A stretch of 64,000 bases of DNA from an uncultured delta proteobacterium (lineage in GTDB: Bacteria; Myxococcota_A; Polyangia; Fen-1088): positions 32,001 to 96,000 of the forward strand of contig CAVWIP010000014.1 in assembly GCA_963755125.1 (NCBI GenBank). Direction: 5' to 3'. The translations under genes and the position numbers were made by a program. The notes beneath the pieces were generated by a model. The model worked only from the letters and a program-made list of their open reading frames with translations. It had not been told where the DNA came from and did not search any database. Within the stretch, counting starts at the first letter, position 1. Each line of letters begins with the position of its first letter. Positions 1-9,299 of the stretch are shown here, in pieces.

Positions 1-155
1 TTCTTGGCCGCTTCCAGCTTGTCCGCAAAGATGTCGTTCACGCAGATCTTGGCTCCCGCCTTGGCCATGCCCGTGGCGATGGCCATGCCGATGCCGTGGG
101 TTCCGCCGGTGACCAGCGCGATCTTGTTCTTGAGACTAAACAATTCGGTCGACAT
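1..155 (-). CDS. SDR family oxidoreductase, gluconate 5-dehydrogenase/KduD-like (5' part, runs off the window)
   Basis: Manual translation from ATG at 155: MSTELFSLKNKIALVTGGTHGIGMAIATGMAKAGAKICVND, with TGxxxGxG Rossmann motif; GAGGAG RBS upstream. Confidence 0.85.
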   Translation of the reverse strand, partial: MSTELFSLKNKIALVTGGTHGIGMAIATGMAKAGAKICVNDIFADKLEAAK

Positions 156-207
156 AGCGATTTCTCCTCGTCATAAGGGTTTTGATTTTTTGCGAGGATA
201 GCACCTT

Positions 208-1941
208 TCAGTATCCCGCCGGTGCTCCCCCGGAACGGGGCTCTCCCGCGGCCTCCAGGCCTGCCTTGCTGCGGATCACGACATTGACCTTGCCGATCTT
301 GTCCCGGACTTGCACGTGGTGACCCTTGGCGCGCAACGATTCGACCACGGATGCTGGCAAGGCCGGCTCGTAGCGAAGCACATCCGGGCTCCACTGGTGA
401 TGGAGGCGAGGTGCTGCCACGGCAGCGTCCACGTCCACGCCAAAGAGCAGTGCATCGAGCAGAACCTCGGCAGTGCTCGATATGATCATGGGGCCGCCGG
501 CAGCGCCCAGCACCATCTCCACGCCGTTCTCACCCACCACGATGGTGGGTGACATGGAAGACAGCGGCCGCTTGCCAGGCGCGAGTTGGTTGGCGCCGCC
601 TGCCACCAGTTCGAAAGCGTCCGCAACGCCGGGGGCTAGCGAGAAATCGTCCATCTCGTCGTTGAGCAGGACACCCGTGCGACCGGCCACAAGGTGCGCC
701 CCGAATTCCAGATTGATAGTGGTGGTCAGGGCCACGGCGTTCCCCTCGCTGTCGACGACGGATATGTGGGCGGTTCCTGCGTCGCGGGCCGGCGCTGCAG
801 CCGATGGCTCGGCCGTGCCGTAGCGGTTGGGGGGCAGGGTGCTGTTCGGCTGGATGCGGGCTGCCAGATCGCGATGGTAGGAGGCATCGAGCAGGTGCGA
901 CAACGGCACGGTGACAAACGCGGGATCGCCGAGAAAGCGGCTGCGGTCGGCGAAGCCGTGTTTGAACGCCTCGACCAGCAGGTGCAGGTAGGTCGGATCC
1001 TGCGGACCGGCCGGAACTGGGTCCCAGTTCTTCATACGTTCGCCAAGGATGCCGAGTACCTCGAACATGACCACCCCGCCGGCTGACGGGGGCGGCATGG
1101 CAAAGATGCGCCGGCCGCGGAATGTCGTCACCAGAGGCGCTCGCTCGACCGGTGCATACCCAGCTAGATCGTTGCGGTCGAGCACGCCGCCCCCGTTCCG
1201 CACAGCGCTGACGATCGCTCTGGCCATCTCGCCTCGATAAAAGGCTGCGGCGCCCTCGCGGCGTATACGGGCGAGCGCGATCGTCAGGTCGGGCCGCCGG
1301 ACGACATCCCCGGCGTGAAGCTCGACCAGGCTGCCGCGCTTGCGCGAAAGTACGAGCGAGAGAAAACTGGCAGCCTCCGACGGATCCTGCTTGAGTTCAC
1401 CGGCCACATGCTCGACCAGCCACGCTGATGCCGGGAATCCTCGCGCCAGAGCCTCGGCCGGCTCCACGCAGCGAGCGAAGGGCCGCTTGCCCCACCGGCG
1501 CACGAGTTCAGCCAGGCCAGCCGGCTCGCCGGGCACGCCGACTGCCAGGCCACCGCGCGCCGAAAGCGATCGATCGACCTTGCCTTTCCGCAAGAACAGT
1601 TCGGGGCGCAGGGCCGCAGGCGCGGTTTCGCGAAAATCAAGCGCTTCGACCTTGCCGGTCTTGGCCGAATAGATGAGGGCGAAGCCGCCGCCGCCCAGGC
1701 CCGATGCGAATGGGTCCACGACGCCGAGCGCCAGCGCAGTGGCGCAGGCTGCGTCGGCCGCGTTCCCGCCCGCGGCCAACACGCGGGCACCAGCCTGAGA
1801 TGCCAGCCGGGAATCGGAGGCAACCATGCCGTGAACGGCGTGAGCACCAATTTCGGCGGCAGTCGCCGAGTTACTGGCCGCGAGCAGCCCCACGCCGACC
1901 GCTGGCAGCACGCCGCGCCGGAAAAGCAGGCAACCAATCAA
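208..1941 (-). CDS. ggt: Gamma-glutamyltransferase
   Basis: GGNAADAA, SGLGGGGF, DFRETAP, TAHISVVD (catalytic Thr), NDEMDDF, PGKRPLSSMSP motifs; start uncertain (ORF is open to 2019). Confidence 0.93.
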   Translation of the reverse strand: MIGCLLFRRGVLPAVGVGLLAASNSATAAEIGAHAVHGMVASDSRLASQAGARVLAAGGNAADAACATALALGVVDPFASGLGGGGFALIYSAKTGKVEALDFRETAPAALRPELFLRKGKVDRSLSARGGLAVGVPGEPAGLAELVRRWGKRPFARCVEPAEALARGFPASAWLVEHVAGELKQDPSEAASFLSLVLSRKRGSLVELHAGDVVRRPDLTIALARIRREGAAAFYRGEMARAIVSAVRNGGGVLDRNDLAGYAPVERAPLVTTFRGRRIFAMPPPSAGGVVMFEVLGILGERMKNWDPVPAGPQDPTYLHLLVEAFKHGFADRSRFLGDPAFVTVPLSHLLDASYHRDLAARIQPNSTLPPNRYGTAEPSAAAPARDAGTAHISVVDSEGNAVALTTTINLEFGAHLVAGRTGVLLNDEMDDFSLAPGVADAFELVAGGANQLAPGKRPLSSMSPTIVVGENGVEMVLGAAGGPMIISSTAEVLLDALLFGVDVDAAVAAPRLHHQWSPDVLRYEPALPASVVESLRAKGHHVQVRDKIGKVNVVIRSKAGLEAAGEPRSGGAPAGY

Positions 1942-2003
1942 TAATTGAAGGAAACTCAACGCCGTCGTAACCTCAGAGCCATTCCCGACTAGGGAAAACC
2001 CCC

Positions 2004-3887
2004 ATGGACGAGCCGTCAAGCCCTGAAGGCAACCCGATCACACTTCGGATCAAGTTCAAGAGTGCGAGCCTCGACGAATTCGTCGCGCGCTACGGCGCCG
2101 ACGTAAGCGCGGGTGGCATCTTCATCCGAACCAAGCAGCCGCTGGCCGTCGGGTCGCTGCTGCACTTCGATTTCAGCCTGGCGGACGGCAGTCCGCTGAT
2201 GGCTGGCATTGGAACGGTGGTGTGGATTCGCGAGCCGGACCAGTCGCGCGTGGGCAGCATTCCCGGCATGGGGGTGCGTTTCGATCAGCTTGCGCCTGAG
2301 AGCCAGCAGACTCACCAGCAGATCTTGGCTACTAAGGCCAGGCTCGGGGATCACACAGCCGGTGCGCCTTTCTCCGGTTCGGTTGCTGCGCCGGCGGCGC
2401 GTTCCCCGGCCAGGCCGGCGACGCCGCCACCCATCGGGGCGCGCCCAGCGCCGGTCACGCCGGTTGCTGCGCAGCCTTCGGGTCGAGGATCTTCCGACAC
2501 GTTCGACGAATTTGGCTCAGGCGGAAAGACCGAGATCGCTGACAAGCCGCCCAGTTTTTATTTTGATGCATTGGACAGCGCGCACGGAGCCGCAGCGGGC
2601 GCGCGGCAGGCCGAGGAAGCGGCACCCAGCGCGGCCCTCGAGAACACGGAAACTGACTCCCAGCCGACGGTGGGGACCGACTCGTTGGTGTCAGAACCCA
2701 TCGACATCAGTGAGGACGCCAGTGGAGCCGCTCGGTCTGCCGGAGCCGCTGCCGCGCAAGCAGCCACGGCCGACCTGGGTCGGTTCCAGATCTCGGGCGA
2801 CGAGCTGGCTCCAGAAACCCTCGATCTCCCACTCGGCGGCCACGCCGGGTCCGGCCGGTACACCGATCTGCCCCCGCTGTCGGGGCTGGACGCGGCGGCT
2901 GGCGCGCCTTCGGCCGATCTCGCAGCAGGGCAGGGCTGGCTCGACCAGCCGATCGACATGGGGGACGGCGCTGGCGCAGCTCCCATCGAGACGCCCGCAG
3001 AGCACACCGAAGAAACTGCCGCTCCGCCAGAAGCGGTGCTGGCCGAGGCAGCAGCGCCTGCGGTCGGCGAGGGTGATCGCTTGGCGCTGCAGGAGGCAGA
3101 GGATCTTGGGCAGGACGTTCCAGCGCCGCCGGTCAAGAAGCTGGGCGGGCAGGGCAAGACGCTGATCGTGGTGGGCATCGTGGCGGCAGCTCTCGCCTTC
3201 GCTGGGGTCTATCTGTTGCAGGTCAAGCCGTGGCAGACGCGTGCGGTGCCTGTGGCTCGCCCCACGCCGGCCATGCCCGCTCCGGCTCCAGTCGCCCCGC
3301 CCGCGGTACCCAAGGTGGCCGTGCCTGCGCAGCCGACCGTTCAGCCGACACCGACGGTGGCGAAAGTCGAACCTGTCAAGCCCGCAGAGAACGTGCCGGC
3401 GCCGACTCCGAAGGAAGAGCCAGCGCAAACCAAGCCAGAGGCGATCGAAATCGCGAAGCCAGAGGCGACCGACGAGGGTGCCAAGCGCTCAGGACCGGCC
3501 AAGAAGGCGGGGAGCAAGCTCGCAGCTTCCTCGCCGCCCGGCGCGCCGGCTCCTGCCGGGGCGGGCGAAATCGTCTACATGATCAGGGTGCGCTCCTTGC
3601 CGCCCGGCGCGGAGATCTTGATCGACGGTGAGCCCATGGGGCAGACGCCATTCCAGCGGCGCATCTTGGACATCGACAAGCCCCACATGGTGACGATCCG
3701 CAAGCCCGGGTATTTGCTGTACGAAAGCAGTGTCAGCTTGTCGTCGGGCCATTGGGTGAAGGACGGCAGCACGGAGACCACGAACGTGTTCGCCAAGCTG
3801 AAGAGGGCGAAGGGTCAATCCGCCCCAACGCCGCCCACGCCGGGAGATCAGCCTGAACCCGTGACGGACCAGCCCGACAAGTTATAG
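2004..3887 (+). CDS. TIGR02266 (myxobacterial PilZ-like) domain membrane protein with C-terminal PEGA domain
   Basis: N-term LRIKFKSASLDEFVARYGADVSAGGIFIRTKQPLAVG; acidic linker; one TM helix; C-term VRSLPPGAEILIDGEPMGQTP. Confidence 0.8.
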   Translation: MDEPSSPEGNPITLRIKFKSASLDEFVARYGADVSAGGIFIRTKQPLAVGSLLHFDFSLADGSPLMAGIGTVVWIREPDQSRVGSIPGMGVRFDQLAPESQQTHQQILATKARLGDHTAGAPFSGSVAAPAARSPARPATPPPIGARPAPVTPVAAQPSGRGSSDTFDEFGSGGKTEIADKPPSFYFDALDSAHGAAAGARQAEEAAPSAALENTETDSQPTVGTDSLVSEPIDISEDASGAARSAGAAAAQAATADLGRFQISGDELAPETLDLPLGGHAGSGRYTDLPPLSGLDAAAGAPSADLAAGQGWLDQPIDMGDGAGAAPIETPAEHTEETAAPPEAVLAEAAAPAVGEGDRLALQEAEDLGQDVPAPPVKKLGGQGKTLIVVGIVAAALAFAGVYLLQVKPWQTRAVPVARPTPAMPAPAPVAPPAVPKVAVPAQPTVQPTPTVAKVEPVKPAENVPAPTPKEEPAQTKPEAIEIAKPEATDEGAKRSGPAKKAGSKLAASSPPGAPAPAGAGEIVYMIRVRSLPPGAEILIDGEPMGQTPFQRRILDIDKPHMVTIRKPGYLLYESSVSLSSGHWVKDGSTETTNVFAKLKRAKGQSAPTPPTPGDQPEPVTDQPDKL

Positions 3888-3894
3888 GGATGTC

Positions 3895-5172
3895 GTGAGC
3901 ATGACTGGTTCCCGGCGGTCGGCGTGGGGCGTAGCGGGAGCGGTGCTGTTGCTGTTGGCGTTGGGCGCGTTGGGCGTGGCCGGAACCTTGGCTCACAGGT
4001 GGTGCGGGAAAACCGAGTCCGCGGAAACAGGGCGGAAACCAAGGTCAGCGCGCCTCGCTCGCATCGACTCGCACACCCACATCAGTCCGGACGGCATCGA
4101 GCGCGCCCTGCAGATCATGGAAACCTGGGGTATCGACGGCATGGTGAACCTGTCGGGCATGAGCCCGGGGCCGCCACACCACGCGCTGGAAACCCAGCTT
4201 GCCGCGGCTCGCGCGACGGGCGGGCGTATCGCCGTGTTCGCCAACGCCGGTTTCGGCAAGGCGTTGCGCATGGCCAATCTCGGCATCCGGGCCGACTACG
4301 GTAACGTGATGGCCGAGGAACTCGCGTTGTCCAAGCAACTCGGCGCCATCGGCCTCAAGATCCCCAAGGGCCTCGGTCTCGGCTATCCCACGCCCGACGG
4401 CAAGCACGTGCTTCCCGTGGATGATCCAGGGCTGGATCCGCTGTTCGAGAAGGCGGGCGAGTTGGGCATGCCGGTGGCGATTCACACCGGTGATCCAAAG
4501 GCCTTCTGGCTGCCCGCCGATGCCAAAAACGAGCGCTGGGACGAGTTGCAGGCCCACCCCGAGTGGTCTTTCCGCGGCCAGCCTGTGCCGTCGTGGGAAG
4601 AGCTGTACGCGGCATTCGAGCGGCGCGTGGCCCGCCACCCCAAGACGACTTTCATCGGGGTGCACTTCGGCAACGATCCCGAAGATCCGGATCGCGTAGC
4701 GCAGATGCTCGACAAGTACCCCAACCTGTACATCGACACCGCTGCGCGCGTGCCCGAGATCGGACGGCAGGATGCCGCCAAGATGCGACTCTTCTACGAG
4801 AAGTACCAGGACCGCATCCTGTTCGGCACCGACCTGGGCGTGGCAGCCGATCAGGATGGCATGATGTACGGCTCGAACGGCGCCAACCCGCCGACCCTGG
4901 AGGATGAAGCCCGCTACTTCACCTCGACCTGGCGCTACTTCGAGACGCGCGACAAGCAGTTCGAGAGCCCCACGCCCATCCAGGGCCGCTGGAAGATCGA
5001 CGGTGTGGGTCTGCCCGAGTCCATCTTGCGCAAGATCTATTTCGACAACGCCGCCCGCGTTCTGAAGTGGCGGCCGCCGGCCGGACCGGTCATGCCGCCT
5101 CGCCCTGCGGCGGGGCCAGCCCCGGGCGCGACCGTCCCCGCCCCGCCGACCGGCGAGGCCGCGGGAAAATAG
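3895..5172 (+). CDS. Amidohydrolase family protein (Amidohydro_2)
   Basis: IDSHTH, AIHTGDP, IGVHFG, DRILFGTD motifs; N-terminal signal/TM. Confidence 0.85.
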   Translation: MSMTGSRRSAWGVAGAVLLLLALGALGVAGTLAHRWCGKTESAETGRKPRSARLARIDSHTHISPDGIERALQIMETWGIDGMVNLSGMSPGPPHHALETQLAAARATGGRIAVFANAGFGKALRMANLGIRADYGNVMAEELALSKQLGAIGLKIPKGLGLGYPTPDGKHVLPVDDPGLDPLFEKAGELGMPVAIHTGDPKAFWLPADAKNERWDELQAHPEWSFRGQPVPSWEELYAAFERRVARHPKTTFIGVHFGNDPEDPDRVAQMLDKYPNLYIDTAARVPEIGRQDAAKMRLFYEKYQDRILFGTDLGVAADQDGMMYGSNGANPPTLEDEARYFTSTWRYFETRDKQFESPTPIQGRWKIDGVGLPESILRKIYFDNAARVLKWRPPAGPVMPPRPAAGPAPGATVPAPPTGEAAGK

Positions 5173-5214
5173 ACCGCGTCACGAGACGGTCGCACCGTCG
5201 CCCTCTCGAACTGC

Positions 5215-5242
5215 TTGACCTCGAAGCGCGGCTGCCCATAAT
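5215..5242 (+). promoter_or_regulatory. Sigma70-like promoter of tRNA-Asn
   Basis: TTGACC-16nt-CATAAT ending 15 nt before the tRNA. Confidence 0.6.
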
Positions 5243-5257
5243 CATCGCCTTCCACAT

Positions 5258-5329
5258 TCCGGAGTAGCTCAGTGGCAGAGCAGGCGGCTGTTAACCGCCG
5301 GGTCGGGGGTTCGATACCCTCCTCCGGAG
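5258..5329 (+). tRNA. tRNA-Asn(GTT), CCA not encoded
   Basis: Cloverleaf: acceptor TCCGGAG/CTCCGGA, D-arm GCTC/GAGC, anticodon stem GGCGG/CCGCC with CTGTTAA loop, T-loop TTCGATA. Confidence 0.97.
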
Positions 5330-5560
5330 CACCCAGCAAAATCGCCGTTCTCGACGGAGATTCCGGGTCTTTCGTGCGCTTCGGTCTTCGGTCGAAAGCG
5401 TGGCTGCAAGCGGCTGGAAACGGTAAAATGCGGACGAATTGCCCAACCTTTGCCCACCGAATTTCCCGCCGTGAAAGCCCACTCGAAGGCCACCGCGGAG
5501 CCGCGCACGAAGGCGCTCGGGCGCGCGCCTGCTGCGCGGAGGACTGTTGCCTCTGCCGGC

Positions 5561-6202
5561 ATGAAGATCGCGCAGCCCACAGCAAAGGGAGCCGTGTGGG
5601 ATGACGATTCCAGGTTCAGTCAGCGGTTGTCTTGCTACGCGATGATCGAAAGTGCTCATCACGTCGAAAGGACGGCACGAGCCGCGCTAGCTCTTCTTGA
5701 GCGAGAAGACCCGTCGAAGGCACAGAAGGAAGCCTGCAAGCGATGGCTGGGGGCGCTCGCACGGTTGAGAGGGCCGCTTGGGCGCTTTGTGGACAAGCAG
5801 CCGTGGCGATATGGCCAAGCCGTCGTCACTGGGATTTACGAATGCGCGACACGACTGCTCCGCGCGTTGGCGCAAGACTTCAGAGAACGCCGAAGCACCG
5901 ACAGGTTGGCCCAGTTCGCCGAGGATGTCGACCTGGCTTCCGCGGTAGTCGATGCACTTGTTCGCGTCGTCGACGACACGATCCGTGACGTACTGCCAGG
6001 ATTCGCTCCGCTCCGGAAGGATCTCGTCGAGTGGCTTGTCGATAAAGTTGCGCCTGAGAACGCCTGCAAGATCGACTACGAGCACGGCGCGCAGGCGATG
6101 GCGGCGAAGCTGGTAAGACTGCCGCCTCGCAAGGTGCAGGACATCGTGGGCCGCTCGCGTAAGTATGAAGCGATCGAGGCCCCGTTCTTGTTCTCGAAGT
6201 GA
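5561..6202 (+). CDS. Hypothetical protein of integrated element
   Basis: Open ORF, helical composition; start uncertain (5450/5561/5642). Confidence 0.5.
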   Translation: MKIAQPTAKGAVWDDDSRFSQRLSCYAMIESAHHVERTARAALALLEREDPSKAQKEACKRWLGALARLRGPLGRFVDKQPWRYGQAVVTGIYECATRLLRALAQDFRERRSTDRLAQFAEDVDLASAVVDALVRVVDDTIRDVLPGFAPLRKDLVEWLVDKVAPENACKIDYEHGAQAMAAKLVRLPPRKVQDIVGRSRKYEAIEAPFLFSK

Positions 6203-6321
6203 AGTAACCAGTCCCGTCGACGGTGACCTGGCCGCGCAATCGGTCCGCAGTTTTCGGGCTGAATTCGCGGACCAATGGCTCTCGTGTGATCGCACTCGGT
6301 CGTGAGAAATCACGAGACACC

Positions 6322-6540
6322 ATGGACACGCCCACTGCATCGTCGAGTTCCCGAACCTTTCTCAGCGACACGCAGATCGCCGAGATGCTCGCCGTGCCCG
6401 TCGCCACTGTCGGGTGGTGGCGGCGTACGGGCCGCCTACCCTATCTGCGCGTGGGCCGCTACCCGCGCGTGCGCGCTGCGGACTTTGAGGCATTTGTGGC
6501 GGCCAGGATGTACCCGCTGGCACGGGAGGCGCGCCGGTGA
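6322..6540 (+). CDS. Excisionase-like helix-turn-helix protein (HTH_17)
   Basis: FLSDTQIAEMLAVPVATVGWWRRTGRLPYLRVGRYPRVRAADFEAF. Confidence 0.85.
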   Translation: MDTPTASSSSRTFLSDTQIAEMLAVPVATVGWWRRTGRLPYLRVGRYPRVRAADFEAFVAARMYPLAREARR

Positions 6541-7379
6541 AGTTCCACGCGGTCCACCGTGCGTGGCTGCGCACACCGCCAGCCGCGGGTGTGCCCGACG
6601 TTGTGATCGGGACGTGGGTCCGCGTCTGCACCTACGCTGCGGACGTCGAGGCGGGGGTGTCCGACCAACGCGTGAAACGTCACCGGCCGCTCGGCCGCGC
6701 GCGTGTCGTGGGTTGTGGGCGGTGGTCCCGACGTGCATGGTCGTCGAGCTGCGACACCACACGGAAGGCCGTTGACGCCGTGGTGGCGGCGGGCCTGGCC
6801 GCATGGGACGGTGACGATCTGCTCCTCGACGGATACGACGTCTGGGGTGAGGAGCGGACCCGCCGGATCCGACACTCTGAGGACGATGCCGGGGGGAACG
6901 CTGGGCGGAAGTCCGGGGAGAATGCCGGGCGGAAGTCCGGGGAGCATCCCGGCGAGGGGAGAGGAGACGTAGGGAGGGGAAACGTAGGGAGGGGAAACGT
7001 AGGGAGGGGAAACGTACCGGAGGGTAGCGCAGCGGCAGGTGAGGCTCTTCCCACAAAGGCGCCCACTCCGCACAGTCCGACCTCGGGAAGTCCAGGGAAG
7101 AGCGATCCGCCACCCGAGAGGGATGGGGAGGACCAGCGGCCCGAGCGTGCGCGCGACCCCGCCGAGCCCGACCCCGCCGCCCAACTCGCAAACTGCCTGC
7201 GGGCGCATGCAGGAACCACAGCCTCCGACTCCGAGAAGCGGGCGCTCGTCGCCTACTGTGCCTCGCTTCCGGCCGCGAAGGTCCAGCCCGCGCTGTATGG
7301 GCTGTGGGACTACTGGAAGGCCGACAAGTCGCCGACCGTCACCGCGTGGCTGGCCCGCCAGCATGGAGTGCGCCGATGA
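6537..7379 (+). CDS. Putative replication-initiator-like hypothetical protein
   Basis: Between excisionase and primase; GTGA overlap; central tandem repeats. Confidence 0.55.
   Translation: MKFHAVHRAWLRTPPAAGVPDVVIGTWVRVCTYAADVEAGVSDQRVKRHRPLGRARVVGCGRWSRRAWSSSCDTTRKAVDAVVAAGLAAWDGDDLLLDGYDVWGEERTRRIRHSEDDAGGNAGRKSGENAGRKSGEHPGEGRGDVGRGNVGRGNVGRGNVPEGSAAAGEALPTKAPTPHSPTSGSPGKSDPPPERDGEDQRPERARDPAEPDPAAQLANCLRAHAGTTASDSEKRALVAYCASLPAAKVQPALYGLWDYWKADKSPTVTAWLARQHGVRR
6902..7016. repeat. Iteron-like tandem repeats (24-bp GGGCGGAAGTCCGGGGAG.. x2; 15-bp GGGAGGGGAAACGTA x3 plus a degenerate copy)
   Basis: Read directly from sequence. Confidence 0.85.
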
Positions 7380-7602
7380 CTGCGCCCGTCGAGCGCGTTC
7401 TAGCCGCGCTTGCCGCCTTCGGCGTCCGACCCTCCGGCACGGGATGGAGCGCCCGCTGCCCGGCGCACGAGGATCGGCACGCATCGCTCGCCATAGGTGA
7501 GGGCAAGGACGGCCGAGCGCTCCTATTCTGCCACGGCGGTTGTGAGCTGGCCGACGTGCTCCGCGCCCTGGGGCTCACTGCGCGCGACCTATTCATCGGA
7601 CC
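7376..7602 (+). pseudogene. Primase N-terminal zinc-binding domain, truncated by IS
   Basis: WSARCPAHEDRHASLAIGEGKDGRALLFCHGGCELADVLRALGL; IS terminal repeat begins at 7603. Confidence 0.8.
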
Positions 7603-8929
7603 TGTCCTTCGCCACCCTGTCATCCGGGCGCCGTCGAGGGGCGATCCCGAGCAAAAGGTGAGGTCGAAGGCGTGCTCGCGCGTGAGTGCGCCCACGTCGG
7701 GCGTGTGGTCGGCGTCGGAGCAAACGCGGTTTCGTACTGCGTGCAGAGGAATGGCCATCCATGTCGATGTCGCCATGGCCAACACTTGTGGCGATCAGGC
7801 CGCGCGGCGCTCGTAGCGGTGGTGCAGGCCGCCGACTTCGGGCAGCTCGACTATCTGGCCCATGCTCGGCGGCTGGACGGCTCTCGGCTCCGGCGCGTCT
7901 TTGCCCAGAGAGAGGTGAGTTCGTGACCTGTGGTAGTAGGCAAAGTACGCCGTCAGGATTCGCCGGAGATGGCGCTCATTGAGCACGATGACGTGATCGA
8001 GACATTCTCGTCGTATCGAGCCCAGAAGGCGCTCGACATAGGCATTTTGCCAAGGTGATCGGGGTGCGGTGAGTATTTCCTCGATGCCGAGGCTCTCCAC
8101 ACGACGCTTGAAGTAGGCGCCGTAGATGCCGTCGCGGTCCCGGATCATGTACTTGGGCGCCGTGTCTTCGGGGAACGCCTCAACCACCTGCTGGGCGGTC
8201 CACTGCGCGCCAGGACCGTCGCTGACGTTCCAGTGCAGGACACGCCTGCGGTCGTGAGAGAGGACGAGAAAGACATACAGGACGCGAAAAGTTGCGGTTG
8301 GCACGGTGAAGAAATCAATCGAGTCGAGCGAACCGACATGGTTGTCGAGGAAAGTGCGCCAGGTCTGCGAGGGAGGCTTGCGTGATTTGGGTGGCATGAA
8401 GCGGGAGACGCTGCGCTCGCCGATGTCGATGCCGAGTTTGAGCAATTCGCCGTGGATTCTGGGCGCTCCCCAGGATGGGTTGGCTTTGGCCATCTGGCGG
8501 ATGAGCGCCTTGGTCTGCGGGGAGACCTCGTTTTGCGCTGGCGTGCGCCGACGTGACTTCCAACGCCAAAACAAGCGGAAGCCAGCCCGGTGCCAGCGGA
8601 CGACGGTGTCTGGTTTCACGACGACCAGCGCGTCCGCCCAGCGAGACCAGAGATGGGAGAGCACGACCCAGAAGGCACGGTCACTCTTGCGCAGGCGAGG
8701 GCGGGCCGAGGTGCGCTGGAAGTTGGCCAGCTGCTGGCGTAGGGCGAGGTTCTCGACTACGAGGTTCGCGTGGGTGCGCAAGGCGGAGCGCAGCGCTCCA
8801 AGGAGGCTGAGAAACAGGGAACCCATCGTGTGGTTATGCACGATGGCGAGCCGTGCCGGCCAAAACCAGCTGCACATCGTCGCCACCGTCGGAAAACACA
8901 CGTCGCGGATGGCGTCTTGGCGAGGGACA
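7603..8929 (-). mobile_element. IS481/IS3-like insertion sequence, 1327 bp
   Basis: Imperfect 24-bp terminal IRs TGTCCTTCGCCACCCTGTCATCCG / TGTCCCTCGCCAAGACGCCATCCG (TGT...ACA ends) flanking an rve transposase; no target duplication. Confidence 0.85.
7795..8826 (-). CDS. Integrase-core (rve) DDE transposase
   Basis: ENLALRQQL, WGAPRIHGELLKLG, SIDFFT / IRDRDG / NAYVERLLGSIRRECLDH, GGLHHRYERRAA. Confidence 0.93.
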   Translation of the reverse strand: MGSLFLSLLGALRSALRTHANLVVENLALRQQLANFQRTSARPRLRKSDRAFWVVLSHLWSRWADALVVVKPDTVVRWHRAGFRLFWRWKSRRRTPAQNEVSPQTKALIRQMAKANPSWGAPRIHGELLKLGIDIGERSVSRFMPPKSRKPPSQTWRTFLDNHVGSLDSIDFFTVPTATFRVLYVFLVLSHDRRRVLHWNVSDGPGAQWTAQQVVEAFPEDTAPKYMIRDRDGIYGAYFKRRVESLGIEEILTAPRSPWQNAYVERLLGSIRRECLDHVIVLNERHLRRILTAYFAYYHRSRTHLSLGKDAPEPRAVQPPSMGQIVELPEVGGLHHRYERRAA

Positions 8930-9249
8930 ACGGCCACCATCCCGATTCCTGCCACGCAGACCACGAAGCCCGCGGCCCCCGCGCGGAACCAGGGAAGAAC
9001 TTCCCGGCGGCCCCGCTCGTCGAGCAGGTGGTGGAGCGAAACCGGCGACCACAACCACCCATGCGCGTCCGATCCCAGGCGCACGAGCGTCTTACGCAAG
9101 GCCAGATGGTACACGATGCCCGCGCCGCCTCCGCCCAGCAGCCCGACCAGCGCGAGCAGGCCGCCGAACAAGAGTTGCCACATGGCCTCTGGCACACCCA
9201 GCAACAACAGGTAGGCCAGAAGTCCGAAAACAAAACAGGCCTCGAACAC
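8930..9249 (-). pseudogene. Small membrane protein, 3' end replaced by IS (in frame with transposase)
   Basis: Hydrophobic ORF runs into the IS end at 8929 without a stop. Confidence 0.6.
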
Positions 9250-9299
9250 CGCGGTGCTCCTCTATGTCCGGCTGGATCGAACGGGGATGTCGAACACCC

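Larger units (their letters stand above)
5330..7602 (+). mobile_element. Remnant of tRNA-integrated phage/satellite-like element (no integrase in window)
   Basis: Directly after the tRNA 3' end; HTH/excisionase, Rep-like and primase genes with overlapping stop/start codons; truncated by IS. Confidence 0.7.

Noticed and set aside
8306..9214. Long antisense ORF over the IS, and many other shadow ORFs in the track
   Set aside because: Expected in GC-rich DNA; overlap well-supported genes and show no motifs
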